Source: Lama guanicoe
Lineage: Eukaryota
Length of the DNA stretch: 64,000 nucleotides
Assembly (NCBI GenBank): GCA_013239625.1
Contig: MU054323.1
Coordinates: 9,889,186-9,953,185, forward strand
Reading direction: 5' to 3'
Part shown: one piece after another, positions 43,866 to 55,640 of the stretch
How the letters are laid out: the number at the start of each line of letters is the position of its first letter
Position numbering within the stretch: the first letter of the stretch is position 1
Notes under the pieces: model-generated
What the model was told of the DNA's origin: nothing
Databases searched by the model: none
What the model saw: only the letters and a program-made list of their open reading frames with translations
Position numbers and translations under genes: made by a program

Positions 43866-44310
43866 TTTACTGTCTAATATGGTCACCACTAGCCACATGT
43901 GGCTATTGAGCACTTCAAATGTGGCTAGTGCAATTAATGAATTGAATTTTTACTTTTAAATTAAATACTGAAGGAGTGTAAAATCTTTTTGCATTATACA
44001 CTACTTCATTGTTTTGGTAAGACTACATTTCACTTTAACTGTTGGAAATTTTAGCATCTGAATTGAGATATACTATAAGTGTAAATACACACCTGATTTC
44101 AAAGCCTTAATATGAAAAAAGAATGTAAAATATCTCATTAACTTATATATTGATTACATGTTAAAATGATGTTTTGGATACACTAGGTTACATAAAATAT
44201 ATTACTCAAATTCACTTGCTTATTTGTACTTTTTAGATGTGGCTCTAGAAATGTAAAGTTACATCTTATTATTTGGGAAGCGGTGGCACACATTATATTG
44301 GACAGTGCTG
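43866..44310. mobile_element. MER3/MER33-like hAT element
   Basis: Inverted ends ctgtctaata / tattggacagtgctg; ccactagccacatgtggctattgagcacttcaaatgtggctagt. Confidence 0.85.
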
Positions 44311-44356
44311 TTTTCGTCCCACTATATCCAGTCTTATTTTCCATTCCTTCCTTCAG

Positions 44357-44438
44357 CAGGGAAGTTTCTGAGGGTCAGGAAGGAGAATCTGTACCTAACT
44401 CCTTGAACATCAAGGAAGGCATGGCTGCCGGGGTCGCT
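44357..44438 (+). other. SPDYA: Predicted SPDYA 5' exon with NAGNAG acceptor (start 44357 or 44360)
   Basis: Long polypyrimidine tract tcttattttccattccttccttcag|cag| and donor GCT|gtgagt; GC-richer than its flanks. Confidence 0.6.
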
Positions 44439-45394
44439 GTGAGTTATGGATTCAGAGGTTCTAATTAGGGTCTTAGAGTAGTTTCCTGCTTTGGCTATTC
44501 AACTCCGTTTTCGCTGACCCAATAAATACTTTGACCATAAAACTAATACTGACCAGTAATCATGTGAACTAATCACCAAACATGGTAGTGATTGTACATA
44601 TTGTTAAATATTGATGGATTAACTTTTTAAAAATTTTTATTAGATTATAACAGTTTACATTCATTTACACTGGTAATTACACTTAAATAGTATGGTTATA
44701 CACTCACAACTTTAAAAATTAAAATGATTAAAAAATTAAAGTGATCAATTTATGAGAATCCCTCAATGCACATATGCCATGCATTTCTTCTCTAGAATCA
44801 CTTTTAACTTTTCAATGAATAGCAATAAATGCTTGTGGAATCAGTGAGTTTTGTAACATATCAAGAAATTTACCGGTTAGGAAATATTTTTGTGTGTGTG
44901 AAATTGCTTTTTAATATAATACTTGATAATAATTTTAGTTCTGGAAATAGTTTGCCTTGTTCTATAAAAAATTTGAGGTGATGTCTTAGAATCATATGAT
45001 AAAATTATGTCAATACACGCAGAATTTTTAAATTACCAGGAAAAAAGAATACTACAAATAGATTATAAACTCAGCATAGTTTCTATAATTAACTTTCAAA
45101 TTTGGTTTTGAGTTCCCTAGTAGTCAAAGCAAAATGGTATACAGGATCTTATTATTTGGGAAGCGGTGGTATATCAGTTACCCAAAGGAAGCTTAGCTTT
45201 TCTTAGCACTAAATTCTAAAAGCAATTTCCTATGTGAGTCACTGTCACAAGTAACATTTTAGTAGCAAGTTTAGTAACATTTCATATGACTGCATCTGAC
45301 AGTGTCATCCAATGAGTTGTTTTTATGTAGAAATGAACAAGAGTGTGGTAAATAACTATACATTTTATTTTTACAGGAATCGTGGGAAAACAGA

Positions 45395-45629
45395 ATGAGG
45401 CATAATCAGCTGTGTTGTGAGACACCACCTACTGTCACTGTACATGTAAAATCAGGGTCAAATAGATCACATCAGGCTAAAAAACCCATTAATCTGAAGC
45501 GTCCTATTTTTAAAGATAGTTGGCCAACATCTGAAAAAAATGCATATAATAGCAACAAGTCTAAACGCCCCAAAGGACCCTGTCTAGTTATACAGCGTCA
45601 AGAAATGACTGCTTTCTTTAAATTATTTG
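45395..45629 (+). CDS. SPDYA: SPDYA first coding exon (exon starts 45377; MRHNQLCCETPPTVTV...MTAFFKLF)
   Basis: ttacag acceptor at 45376, ATG at 45395, G|gtaggt donor; matches the Speedy A N-terminus. Confidence 0.97.
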
Positions 45630-47669
45630 GTAGGTTTAAAATATAGTAATAGTGGTAATTGTAAAGTACTTAAAATGAGAGAATGTAAGGACCTGTTTTA
45701 TGGTTTTCATAATAATCAAAGAGGATGCTGTTATTTTCTATGTCAGATTTTCTATCTCCAACCAAATTTGCTTTTGTTTTACTTAGTCCTCCCCCCCCCA
45801 ATTCTGGGTTTTTGTTTATTTTGATTGCTTTTGGATTAGAAATAGACTCATCTAGCTTCTAGACTACTTAAATTCAAGTGTCAAATGTAAATTCTAGGCA
45901 ATTCACTTTCATAGCATGAGTTTTGTTTGACCTAAAGTAAAATATATATAATGTCTTGGGTGAGCCAACCAACTGACCTGGTATCACTGCACAGGAAGGA
46001 CTTCCCAAGACTTTCAGTGCTAAAACTGAGCAAACTGGGAAGGTTAGTCCACCTAGAAAAGTTTCAGTATTATATCTGGAGAATATTATTAAAAATTAAC
46101 TATGCTTTATCATCATGCTAATATGGTGAAACTGAGTTTCAGCTTGTTCAGATCATGAAACAGTGTTGCTTTGCTGATAAGCTTCTTAAAAAATAGCCAA
46201 AAGAAATTTCTTTATAGTACTTCTACTGTCCAAGAAAGAGAAGGATTTTTTTTGAAATATGGAATAAGGTATACAGATTAGAATAAAAGGTAGGATAGAT
46301 AGATTCTGGTAAATATCTGTGGGAATGAATCAAATCAAGTACTGTAGAGATTACAATGACAGATTCTGGTAACAGGCTTCCATGTTTATAGAGGAAAGCA
46401 AGTGCCTATGAGGAGAACTGGGGAAGAGTGTTTACCCTGCTGAGAGGACAGAAATCTTAAAAAAAAAAAAGGGGGGGGGGCAAGCTGGTTAAAATTTAAA
46501 GAAAAGCAAAATAAGATGAGATAATAAGAAAAATATAAGCAATAAAAAAATAAGTAGAAAAAGTTGAACTCTGAAGATGTTCCCTGTCAAAATTTAGAAT
46601 GCTGTTAATACAAGTTTGCCTCTCTCTTTATTAAGAGTAGAGCAAAAATATTACCCACAAACTTTTTTATTATTCATAACTGATCATGAGAAATAAGAGA
46701 AAATACCTGGCCCTACCATTTTAGGTAATTTAAGAAATAGAAGTAGAATTTACAAGGCAGAAATTAATTATTCTCAGAAAATAAATACTCATTCTTGGAA
46801 CTTTCCGTATATTTGACTACACTGATGATATATCTAGGCTACAACAATATTAAGAAATTATGCTTTGTTACTTAAAATGAAGGAGGAAATGGAAAAAAAG
46901 TAGATTTTCTAAAATTATATTCTGATAGCTACACATGTATTTTGGGAGTATACATTTTAGCCTTTTAAAATTGAAATAAGTGTTTTTGACCTGCTTTTTG
47001 GATGTTGATCTTTTTTAACAGTATCTCTAATTGACCCTTTTATCATAATACTCAATTTTTCCAAAATTAAATATTAATTATAAATAACCGATGAATTATG
47101 AACCTTCTTTACATAGACATTTTCATGTGTATTTGGATAATAGATAATTGAACAGAGATAAGTAGGAGGAGAGAAAAAGAACTCAAAACTAAAAATGCCC
47201 CATACCTAAAAGGAGAAAGTAGTAGAAAAAGTAGAACATATTTAGATAACGAGTATTCATTAAGTCATTATTTCTTAAAGACTGGGTTATCTTTTATCAG
47301 ATTCCATTTCCTCCTGTTAAAGATTGATTTGGGGAAGTAAGAAAGAGCTAAACGAGAGCTATCCAAGACGTATTTCTCAAAGAACTACTGGAATATTCAA
47401 TAAATCAAACACTACCACCATTCCCCCTCCAGTCTGCACTATATATTAAGGCAAATCAGATGCAAAGCCAAAGAATAAAGCAATAGCTTTTTGTACAGTG
47501 CTTGTAATGGTAAACACACCAAAGAACTGAAAATTATACCTTAAACAACACTGGTCTAGGCATTTTTGTTTGATTTCTGAGCATCATTTATAATCTTATG
47601 TAAAAAATAATTTTTCAATAGGAAACATTCTGTTTTTGAAAGACAAGTCATAGCTATCTTTTGTTGTAG

Positions 47670-47728
47670 ATGATGATTTAATTCAAGATTTCTTATGGAT
47701 GGACTGCTGCTGTAAAATTGCAGACAAG
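47670..47728 (+). CDS. SPDYA: SPDYA coding exon (DDDLIQDFLWMDCCCKIADK)
   Basis: ttgtag acceptor, AAG|gtaaat donor, 59 nt, phase-consistent. Confidence 0.97.
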
Positions 47729-47829
47729 GTAAATTTGGTTACAGTATCATCATTAACCAGCATTATTATGTTACTAGGCTGTCAGGACTTTAAAGACCCT
47801 TATAAGAATTTTCTGTCTTTTTAAGTTTA

Positions 47830-47959
47830 TGTCATTGGGGTTTTTTTTGAGGGGGGGGTAGTTAGGTTTATTTATTTATTTTAATGGAGGCACTAGGGAT
47901 TGAGCCCAGGACCACGTGCATGCTAAGCCCATACTCTACTACCGAGCTATACCCTCCCC
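47830..47959 (-). mobile_element. Vic-1-type SINE
   Basis: Antisense SINE body; 18-bp TSD tctgtctt(t/g)ttaagttta at 47812-47829 and 47960-47977. Confidence 0.9.
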
Positions 47960-49681
47960 TCTGTCTTGTTAAGTTTAGAAAATGAACTAGCCTACATTTC
48001 TACTTCAGAGTGGAATCCTTACACATTAATTTTTGAAATTAGAATACAGCATAGATTCAATACCTTTTATCAGTCTATGGAGAAAAAATAGTCTGAGATT
48101 TATTCTACTAAGCCAGTCTGTTACCTAAGGCAGTCTGTTAACACATTTTGTAGGTAATTTAGATAAAACAATTCCCAATATTCTTACAAAGTAACATTAG
48201 TTTATCATGTTTTTTATTTAGGAATCAATATTTCCTAAAAGAACATATGAAACTAACTTGACATACTGAGGATTGTGATGTTTCTGTACTCTTTAGATTT
48301 AGCTGAACAGTTACAATTTCAGCTTTATAAATGTCATTTTAGACCAGTTAGTCATATCAGAAAATTCAGCATGACTTCATATCACATTTAAAATAATGTG
48401 CTAACCAATAAAAAAGAGAATGGACAGAACACTAGCTCAGGGTTAAATAACCCACTTAGTTAATATTGATGGACTCTTTTAAGCTTAAGAGAACCAAAAT
48501 AAAATCAGTTTTTTTTAATTTTGAAATTTTAATTTTGGAAAATTTCAAACAATGCTACTTATAGTAGAGAGAATAGAACAAAGACCCTCCATGTGCTTAT
48601 TATCCAGCTAAAATAATCATCCACTTATGGCCATTCTTATTTCCTCTAATCCGTCTCCCCAAAACTGGATTATTTTGAAGTATATCCCAGATATCCCAAT
48701 ATTTTATCCACAAATAGTTTAAGATGTAGCTCTAAACGATGAAATCTTTTAAATATCACAGTGTCACTAACACTTAAAAATTAACAGTAATGCTTTGGCT
48801 GTGATTGTGAAAAAAAATTAACAGTAATGCCTTCATATCAAATATCCAGTTCCTAAAGAGTTGTAGTTTTAAACTTTAGAATTTTTAGTGCATTATGGTA
48901 ATTAGATTTGTTGGACAGCAGGAGGCAGTGCCTTTAACCCAGGAATACTGTATCAACATTATCTCAAGAGTCCTCTACTAAAAATTACCTTGAAAACTTG
49001 GAATCACCTTTGTGGCCAAACCTGTGAAGGTAGGATTAGGCATTTTATGAGAGGGAATCCAATACATCAGTATTATAACTTGATTTTAACTTAAACAGGC
49101 AGAACTTGGCAGGGGTCCTAGTATCAGGCTACACATGTATCTTCCTAATTATTATTTAAAATATTTTTCCCCATGAAAATAGAGCCATATTCTGATTTCT
49201 GGTTAGAAATTATTTTTAAAAGATTATTTTAAAAAGTGAATATGGATGTCTACAACTAACTCAAAAGTGTTGAAGGAAAATAATTTGCATATAGACATAC
49301 ATCAAGCCAATGTGGCAATGGAATAACGGTAAAATCTAGGTGAAGGATATATGGTTGATTATTCCTTTTATTATTATTTTAACTTCTCTGTAGGTTTGAA
49401 CAGATAGAAAAAAATGGGTTGTGGTTCAAAATATATTGGCAATAATAAAATTTTGGAGTTCATTCTAGTTGTAATCTTAATCATGATAAATGATCCTAAA
49501 CTGTTTCTTATTGTTTATATGGATTACATAAAGCCAAAAGTAAAGACTCAAATAAATAGGTAATTCTAGAGGAATGATAAATAATGCTTTATTGTTTTAG
49601 CTTATAAAGGTAAATATTTTAAAGCAGTTTTACTTATGAAAGTAAAACATTAATATTAACTTTTAACTTTTTTCCCTATAG

Positions 49682-49767
49682 TATCTTTTGGCTATGACCT
49701 TTGTTTATTTCAAGAGAGCTAAATTCACTATAAGTGAGCATACCAGGATAAATTTCTTTATTGCTCT
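49682..49767 (+). CDS. SPDYA: SPDYA coding exon (YLLAMTFVYFKRAKFTISEHTRINFFIAL)
   Basis: ctatag acceptor, CT|gtaagt donor, 86 nt; Speedy/RINGO box. Confidence 0.98.
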
Positions 49768-51169
49768 GTAAGTATGCTTTCTACGAAGTGATTCTTTGTG
49801 ATATTTATAATATATGTGATACCTTATTTTAAATAGATGCTGTTTAAAACCTGATGTCTATCTTCGAATAGGCTTTCCTGTTTAAAAACGATATATTACA
49901 TATATATTTTTTTTTACTTCAATAGGATATTTTCATGTTTTTTTCACTGACCTCACCTGCTGTATGCCTAATACCTATTTATTACTCCGTATTCCACTTG
50001 AGTTTGTATTGTACCTTTTACATTTTTCAGAGTGCTCCATAAAAATTATTCCAGATTCTCTTCTTTTGGACTTAGGGTTTTTTAAGAGCCAGAATATTCT
50101 CTTCGAAATTTCCAGTTGTTACATATTCAAAATCATTATCATTATCGTCCTTTTACATTGAACAGCTTGTGGAAAGTGCTCTATACATACTCATTGTGGA
50201 TTTATGTCTGTAACAGGAGTAATTTATATCTGATACCTTTAGTATCCATTGGCTGTTTTACTTAACACACTGAACTTTGACCAAGGAATAGAGTTTGTTT
50301 ACCAATTCTTTCATTGACTTTATATTAGACAATTCACACTAGCTTGTGATCTGTTAAATGGTTTTAATGACATGGCTTTCCAATCTGTAGGTCAGAATTC
50401 TGCTAGAATCATTATAATTTAAGAATATCTATCTCAAAATAAAAAAGAATATCTACCTCAATCTCAAAACCTTTTCTACCCAGTACCTGAATGTAATGCT
50501 GCAGTTTGGAATATATGCATGTATTTTTAGGTACTTAATTAGGGAACTACATATGAAAATATTTAAGTTGAATACTGCAACAACTGTTAGCACTGAAGAA
50601 TAACTTTTTATTCAAAATCTGTTTAATCAGAATCAAAGAGTGATTCAAGAAATAGGACTAGAAGAAACTGATCTCTGCACATATTCAGGAGACACATTTC
50701 CCCCATGCAAAGGAAAAAATGAACTCAGTATAAAATTTGGTGATTGCTAAATTGAGGGGATATAATAGTATTAGCTAATATTGAGCAATATGTGCAAGGT
50801 ACCACAAAGCTGTTTTCTGTAAACTCATTTAATCTTCCCTATGAGATACAATTTTGAATTATCTCCATTTTACAAATAGGGAAATTGAGACTTAGGAATC
50901 TTAAGTACTTTCCAAGATCACAAGTCATATTGCTGTCTTCAATTCACAAATCTTTTCTTCTCCATTAATCTCACTCTGTATTTTTCATTATACACATAGG
51001 CTTTATCTCGAGGTACACTTTCAATGTGTCTATTTTTTTGAACATCTGGAATAATTATAACTGTTTTAATAATAATAACTGTCTGTTACTTCTACCCTGT
51101 GTGTCAGTTTTATTTAATTGATAATTCTTATTACTGTGTTTTTCTGCTTTTGTGCATGCCTGATCCCCC

Positions 51170-51510
51170 TCAGGTATTTGAATGTGGGGAAAGACCACCA
51201 GAAAAGATTAGAGGGAACAGTGCCTAACATTTACCCAGGGCTGGAAATAGTGCCTGTTTCCACTAGCCAGACTGAAAAAACTTACAGTTCACACTGAGTA
51301 ATTCAAGTACTGAGTAGAGTACTTAGGAATGTCTTGCCTTAGTAAGGAGTAATTAGCCCCAGACTGAACATCGCTGCGGATCCACCTAACAGATCATGAA
51401 AGTGGGACCTGAAAGGATCAGATTGTTTCCAAATAACTGCATTCTAGGACAAAGCTCAAGATTTATAGGGAATCAAAAATATCCAGAACTCAACGAAGTA
51501 AAATTCACTG
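51170..51510 (+). mobile_element. Ancient L1M 5'-region fragment
   Basis: agattagagggaacagtgcct...cctgaaaggatcagattgtttccaaataac...aaaaatatccagaactcaac. Confidence 0.65.
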
Positions 51511-51667
51511 AATCTCTATTTTGAGCTACATTTTTAAAATTATGAGTAAGGTTGAACATCTTTTATGTGTTTAAGAAGCAGTTTGGTTTTTTGTGTGTGT
51601 ATGTGCATGAACTGTCTATTCCTGTCTTTATCCATTTCTTCTTTGAGTTGTTGGTCTTCTTTGTTAG

Positions 51668-51839
51668 GTATCTGGCTAATACAGTTGAAGAAGATGAAGA
51701 AGAAGCCAAATATGAAATTTTTCCATGGGCTTTAGGGATAAACTGGAGAAAATTGTTCCCTGATTTCTTAAAGTTAAGGGACCAACTCTGGGATAGAATT
51801 GACTATAGGGCTATTGTAAGCAGGCGATGCTGTGAGGAG
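51668..51839 (+). CDS. SPDYA: SPDYA coding exon ([23 protein letters not shown]...[13 protein letters not shown])
   Basis: tgttag acceptor, GAG|gtaaga donor, 172 nt; Speedy box core. Confidence 0.98.
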
Positions 51840-52469
51840 GTAAGATTTTAAAATACTTTATATATGTAATCTGTCTTCTATTTATGTAGTTTTTCTTGTC
51901 TTGTTTTTTAATGTGCTTCTAATGGTTCATATTTTGTATGTGAAGGGTAAACCATTAACCTTGATGGTTACCACGAATACAATCTGTGTATTACAGTGTT
52001 GATGTTTTAATTTTATACCATAATAATTAAAAATTATCATTTCTCTTTTTCAAAGCAGCCTACTTCTGTACTAGTTTTATTTTAGTGTGTTTCTTTTGTC
52101 TAAAAGATCACCAGTATATTGGGAAAGAAAAGTGTGCACATTCTAAAATACTTTATGGTAATAACACTGGAGCATAATAATGTTCATTTAAGTATATGAA
52201 ATTTCAAGTTCCCAAAGTTGAAATGTGAATTGTATGGTATAAAATTTAAATAAGTTTAAAAACTGTACCTCTTTTTACATAGAATACATAAAGTAAGTTT
52301 TCTTGATGCCAGATTCTATTAATATAAAGCAAAAAGATACTAAAAATTAAAAGATCAGTTACTTTATCAAATGTTCTGGTTTTCAATAAAGAAGGCTAAT
52401 GTTTTAAACTAAAAAATTTTGGAGTAGAATATTAATTGGAAGTCAGTGATCACTGTAAGCCAGTACTAG

Positions 52470-52800
52470 TTCAGAAAAGTTTGGTAAATGTGGGCTAGAT
52501 AATGCTGTAATTAAATGAAGTCATATCCAGTTAAATGACTACAGGCCAAAGGAGCCAATGAATGGTTTAGTGTCAAACCTGAAGCAGGAATTTAGAACTG
52601 TCACAAAACTTTGCCTAGAACTAATCTTGTTAGCTATATTTATTAATGAGATGAAGATATAGCAATTATGCATATTTGTGGATTAAGTTAGGATTGTTGA
52701 ATGTTGGAGGGAATGCAAGGATTCAGAAATAACTTAGGAGACTGTACAGCAGGTCAAGTCTTTACAAGATTATGTTCAATAGAAAAATGTGAGAAGTTGG
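52470..52800 (+). mobile_element. L3/CR1 reverse-transcriptase fossil
   Basis: Degenerate CR1 RT text (ggtaaatgtgggctagat...atatttattaatga...aggattcagaaataactt). Confidence 0.55.
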
Positions 52801-53334
52801 GTGTGAATGACCCCCTACACCACCACCACCAAATTAATGGATCTTCGTTAAAGGATTTAAATGACTCATTCCAATTACAGGGCATTGAAAAAGCCCTGTA
52901 CTGTTATTTATTGTTACTACCTCCGCAGGTCAGGAGTGGGTAATTTGCACACCTGTTGCCATCCTTGATGTGACAGTGGGCCTTATTTGAATGCTGATTT
53001 TTTTCAAAGTAAATGTTTCTAGCCCCATGGAACACTCAGCTAAGAGCATGGAGAGGGCACCAGGGGCAAGAGGCCAGGAAAGGCAGTGCTCATCATGGTA
53101 GACTGCCCACTCACTCCTAAGATACAACAACTAGCATTTTAACTACAACAACTTGAAGTTACTCTGTTGGAGCTGGAATCACCTCAGTTGCTGGTACCAG
53201 ACTGTCTTAAGAAACAGAGAATTATGTGCCTTAATGGCATATGTGTAAAAGACTACAAAGTTTTAAACACCTAGAAACTCTATTGTGTAATAGGATTCAC
53301 AGAAAAGTTTAGTTTCTCAAGGCTTCAACACTAA

Positions 53335-55640
53335 GAACTAACAGATCTCTCCCCTTATTCCAGATCTGCATATCTAATTTCCTATTTATATTTCATTGTC
53401 TAGTAGATACTTCAGACTTAACATACTGGAAATTGAGTTTCTGATTCCCCCACGTAGACTTCCACACTTCCTCCTCCTGCAATCTTCCACATGTTAATAA
53501 ATGGTAACTTTATCATTCTAGTTGTTCAGGCAAAAAAAAAAAACTGTCACCTAGACTTTTTATTTCACATCTATACCTTAAATATCCAGCATCCTACCAT
53601 TTCTCACCACCCCCACCACTAAACCCTACTTTGATTGTCATTTCTTGTCTCAACTATTACAATAACTTTCCAGATAGTCTCCCTTACAATCTTTCTCCCC
53701 TATAGTCTAGATACAGTAGCCAAAGTAAATCTTTTAGAAAGTCAAATCATGTCTCTACTCAGAAGCCTCCAGAGACTTCCCATCTCACATAGGGTAAAAG
53801 ACAAAGTTCTTATAGCTCTGCATGGTAGGCCAGCTCTCCTCCCTTATCTCTTTGAATTCATCTGCCATCCTTGCTCACTCCACTCCAGCCACTCTGGCCT
53901 TGCTATTCCTCAGACGCACCAAGAACACTCCCATCTCAGGGTCTTTGCACTTGTCAATCCTATTATCTGGAATGCTTTCCCCCCAGTTACTACTAGTATG
54001 CTTCAGTTCCTCACTTCATACAGGACTCTGCTTAATCACCTCCTCAGAGAAACCTTTTCCTACCACCCTATATTGAGTAGAGTCTACCTCAAAGGAATAA
54101 AAATTGAAGAGTTTAGAAATAAGCCCTCACGTTTATGTTCATTTGGCTTTTGACAAGGGTGCCAAGAAAATCAATGGGGAAAGAATATTCTTTTCAGCAA
54201 ATGGTGCTGGAAAAATTGGATGTCCAAGAGAATGCACTTGGAATACTCCTTCGTATTGTATATAAAAACTAACTCAAAATGCATCAAATATCTAGGTTTA
54301 AGAGCTAAAAACCTTAAAAGATTCTTAAAACAGAGGTGCATCTTCATGACCTTGGATTAGGTTTCTTAGATTTAATACCAGAAACAAAAGTGATAAAAGA
54401 AAATATAGATGAAATGGACATCATCAAAATTTAAAACTTTTGTTCTTCAAAGGACGCCGTTAAGAAAGTGAAGAGACAGCCCACAAACTAGGAGAAAATT
54501 TTGATATCATCTATCCTATAAGGAACTTATGTCTACAATATATAAAGAGCTCTTATAACCCAGCCTAAAAAGACAACCCAATATTTTAAAGGGCAAAGGA
54601 TCTGAATAGGTATTTCTCAAAAAAAGCTATGCAAATGTGCAAAAAAGCACATGAAAACATGCTCAGCATCATTAGCCATCAGAAGAATGTAAAATCAAAG
54701 CCTCAAGGAGATACCACTTTACACCCACTAACATGGATATAATAATTTTTAAAAAGAAAATAAGAAGTGTTGGGAAGCATGTGGAGAAATTGGAATCCTC
54801 ATACACTTCTGGTGGGGAATGTAAAGTCATGTAATTGCTTTGGAAACCGTCTGGCAGTTCCTCAAAAGGCATAAAGTTACTGTATGACACAGCAATTCCA
54901 CTCCTAGTTCTATACCCAAAAGAAATGAAACTGTCCACACAAAAACTTGTACATGAATGTTCATAGCAGCTTTATTCATAATAGTCAAGTCATTAGTTGT
55001 GAAAACAACCCAAAGCCCATCAATAAATGGATAGCCAAATATCTATACAATGATACCTTACTAGTCAATTAAAAGGAATGAAGTATTGATACATGCTGCA
55101 ACATGGATGAACCCTGAAAACATTGTGCTACGTGAAAGAAGTCAGTCACAGAGGACCACATCTTGTATGATTCCATTTATATCAACTGCCGAATAGATAT
55201 CCAAAGAGACAGAATGTGGTTGCCTGAAGCTGAAGGGAGGAATGGAATGTGACTGCTTTCTTATGGAGTGATGAAAATGTTCTAAAATTGTTTATGGTAA
55301 TGGTTGTACAGGCCTGCATATATCAAAAGCCATTGAACTTTATAGTTTAAAAGAATGAAATGTCTGGTATTTGAGTTACATCTCAATAAAGCTGTTAAAG
55401 TAGCAAGTAGCACCTCCCACTATTACTCTGTATTTCTTTTCCTGGTTTTCCTCATAGCGCTTAACCACTGTATAACATATTCTGTTTTACTTATTTTTCT
55501 TCCCAATGTCCACTTCCCCCTATTAGTATATAAATTCCAAGAAGGTGTTTATTTTGTGCTTATTGCATCTACAGTGCCTAAAACAGTGCCTGACTTTAAA
55601 TAGGTACACAGTAAATATTGCCGACTGACAGAATGAATGG
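53335..55640. mobile_element. L2 element split by an L1MB-like insertion
   Basis: L2-like text at 53335-54075 resumes at 55400-55640 (acagtgcctaaaacagtgcctg...gaatgaatg). Confidence 0.75.
54080..55400 (+). mobile_element. L1MB-like ORF2 C-terminus and 3' UTR fossil
   Basis: ttttgacaagggtgccaag...aaatggtgctggaaaaattgg...cagcaattccactcctag...catctcaataaagctgtt. Confidence 0.88.

Noticed and set aside
45145..45168. Possible micro-exon acag|GATCTT...GGTG|gtatat
   Set aside because: No adjacent polypyrimidine tract and a weak donor; better explained as the source of the 24-bp copy
49745..49756. RINF in SPDYA matching the PP1-docking RVxF pattern
   Set aside because: Falls within the folded Speedy box; degenerate motif likely to occur by chance
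53635..54153. 172-aa ORF
   Set aside because: Lies in decayed L2/L1 sequence, starts at a non-ATG codon, no splice support
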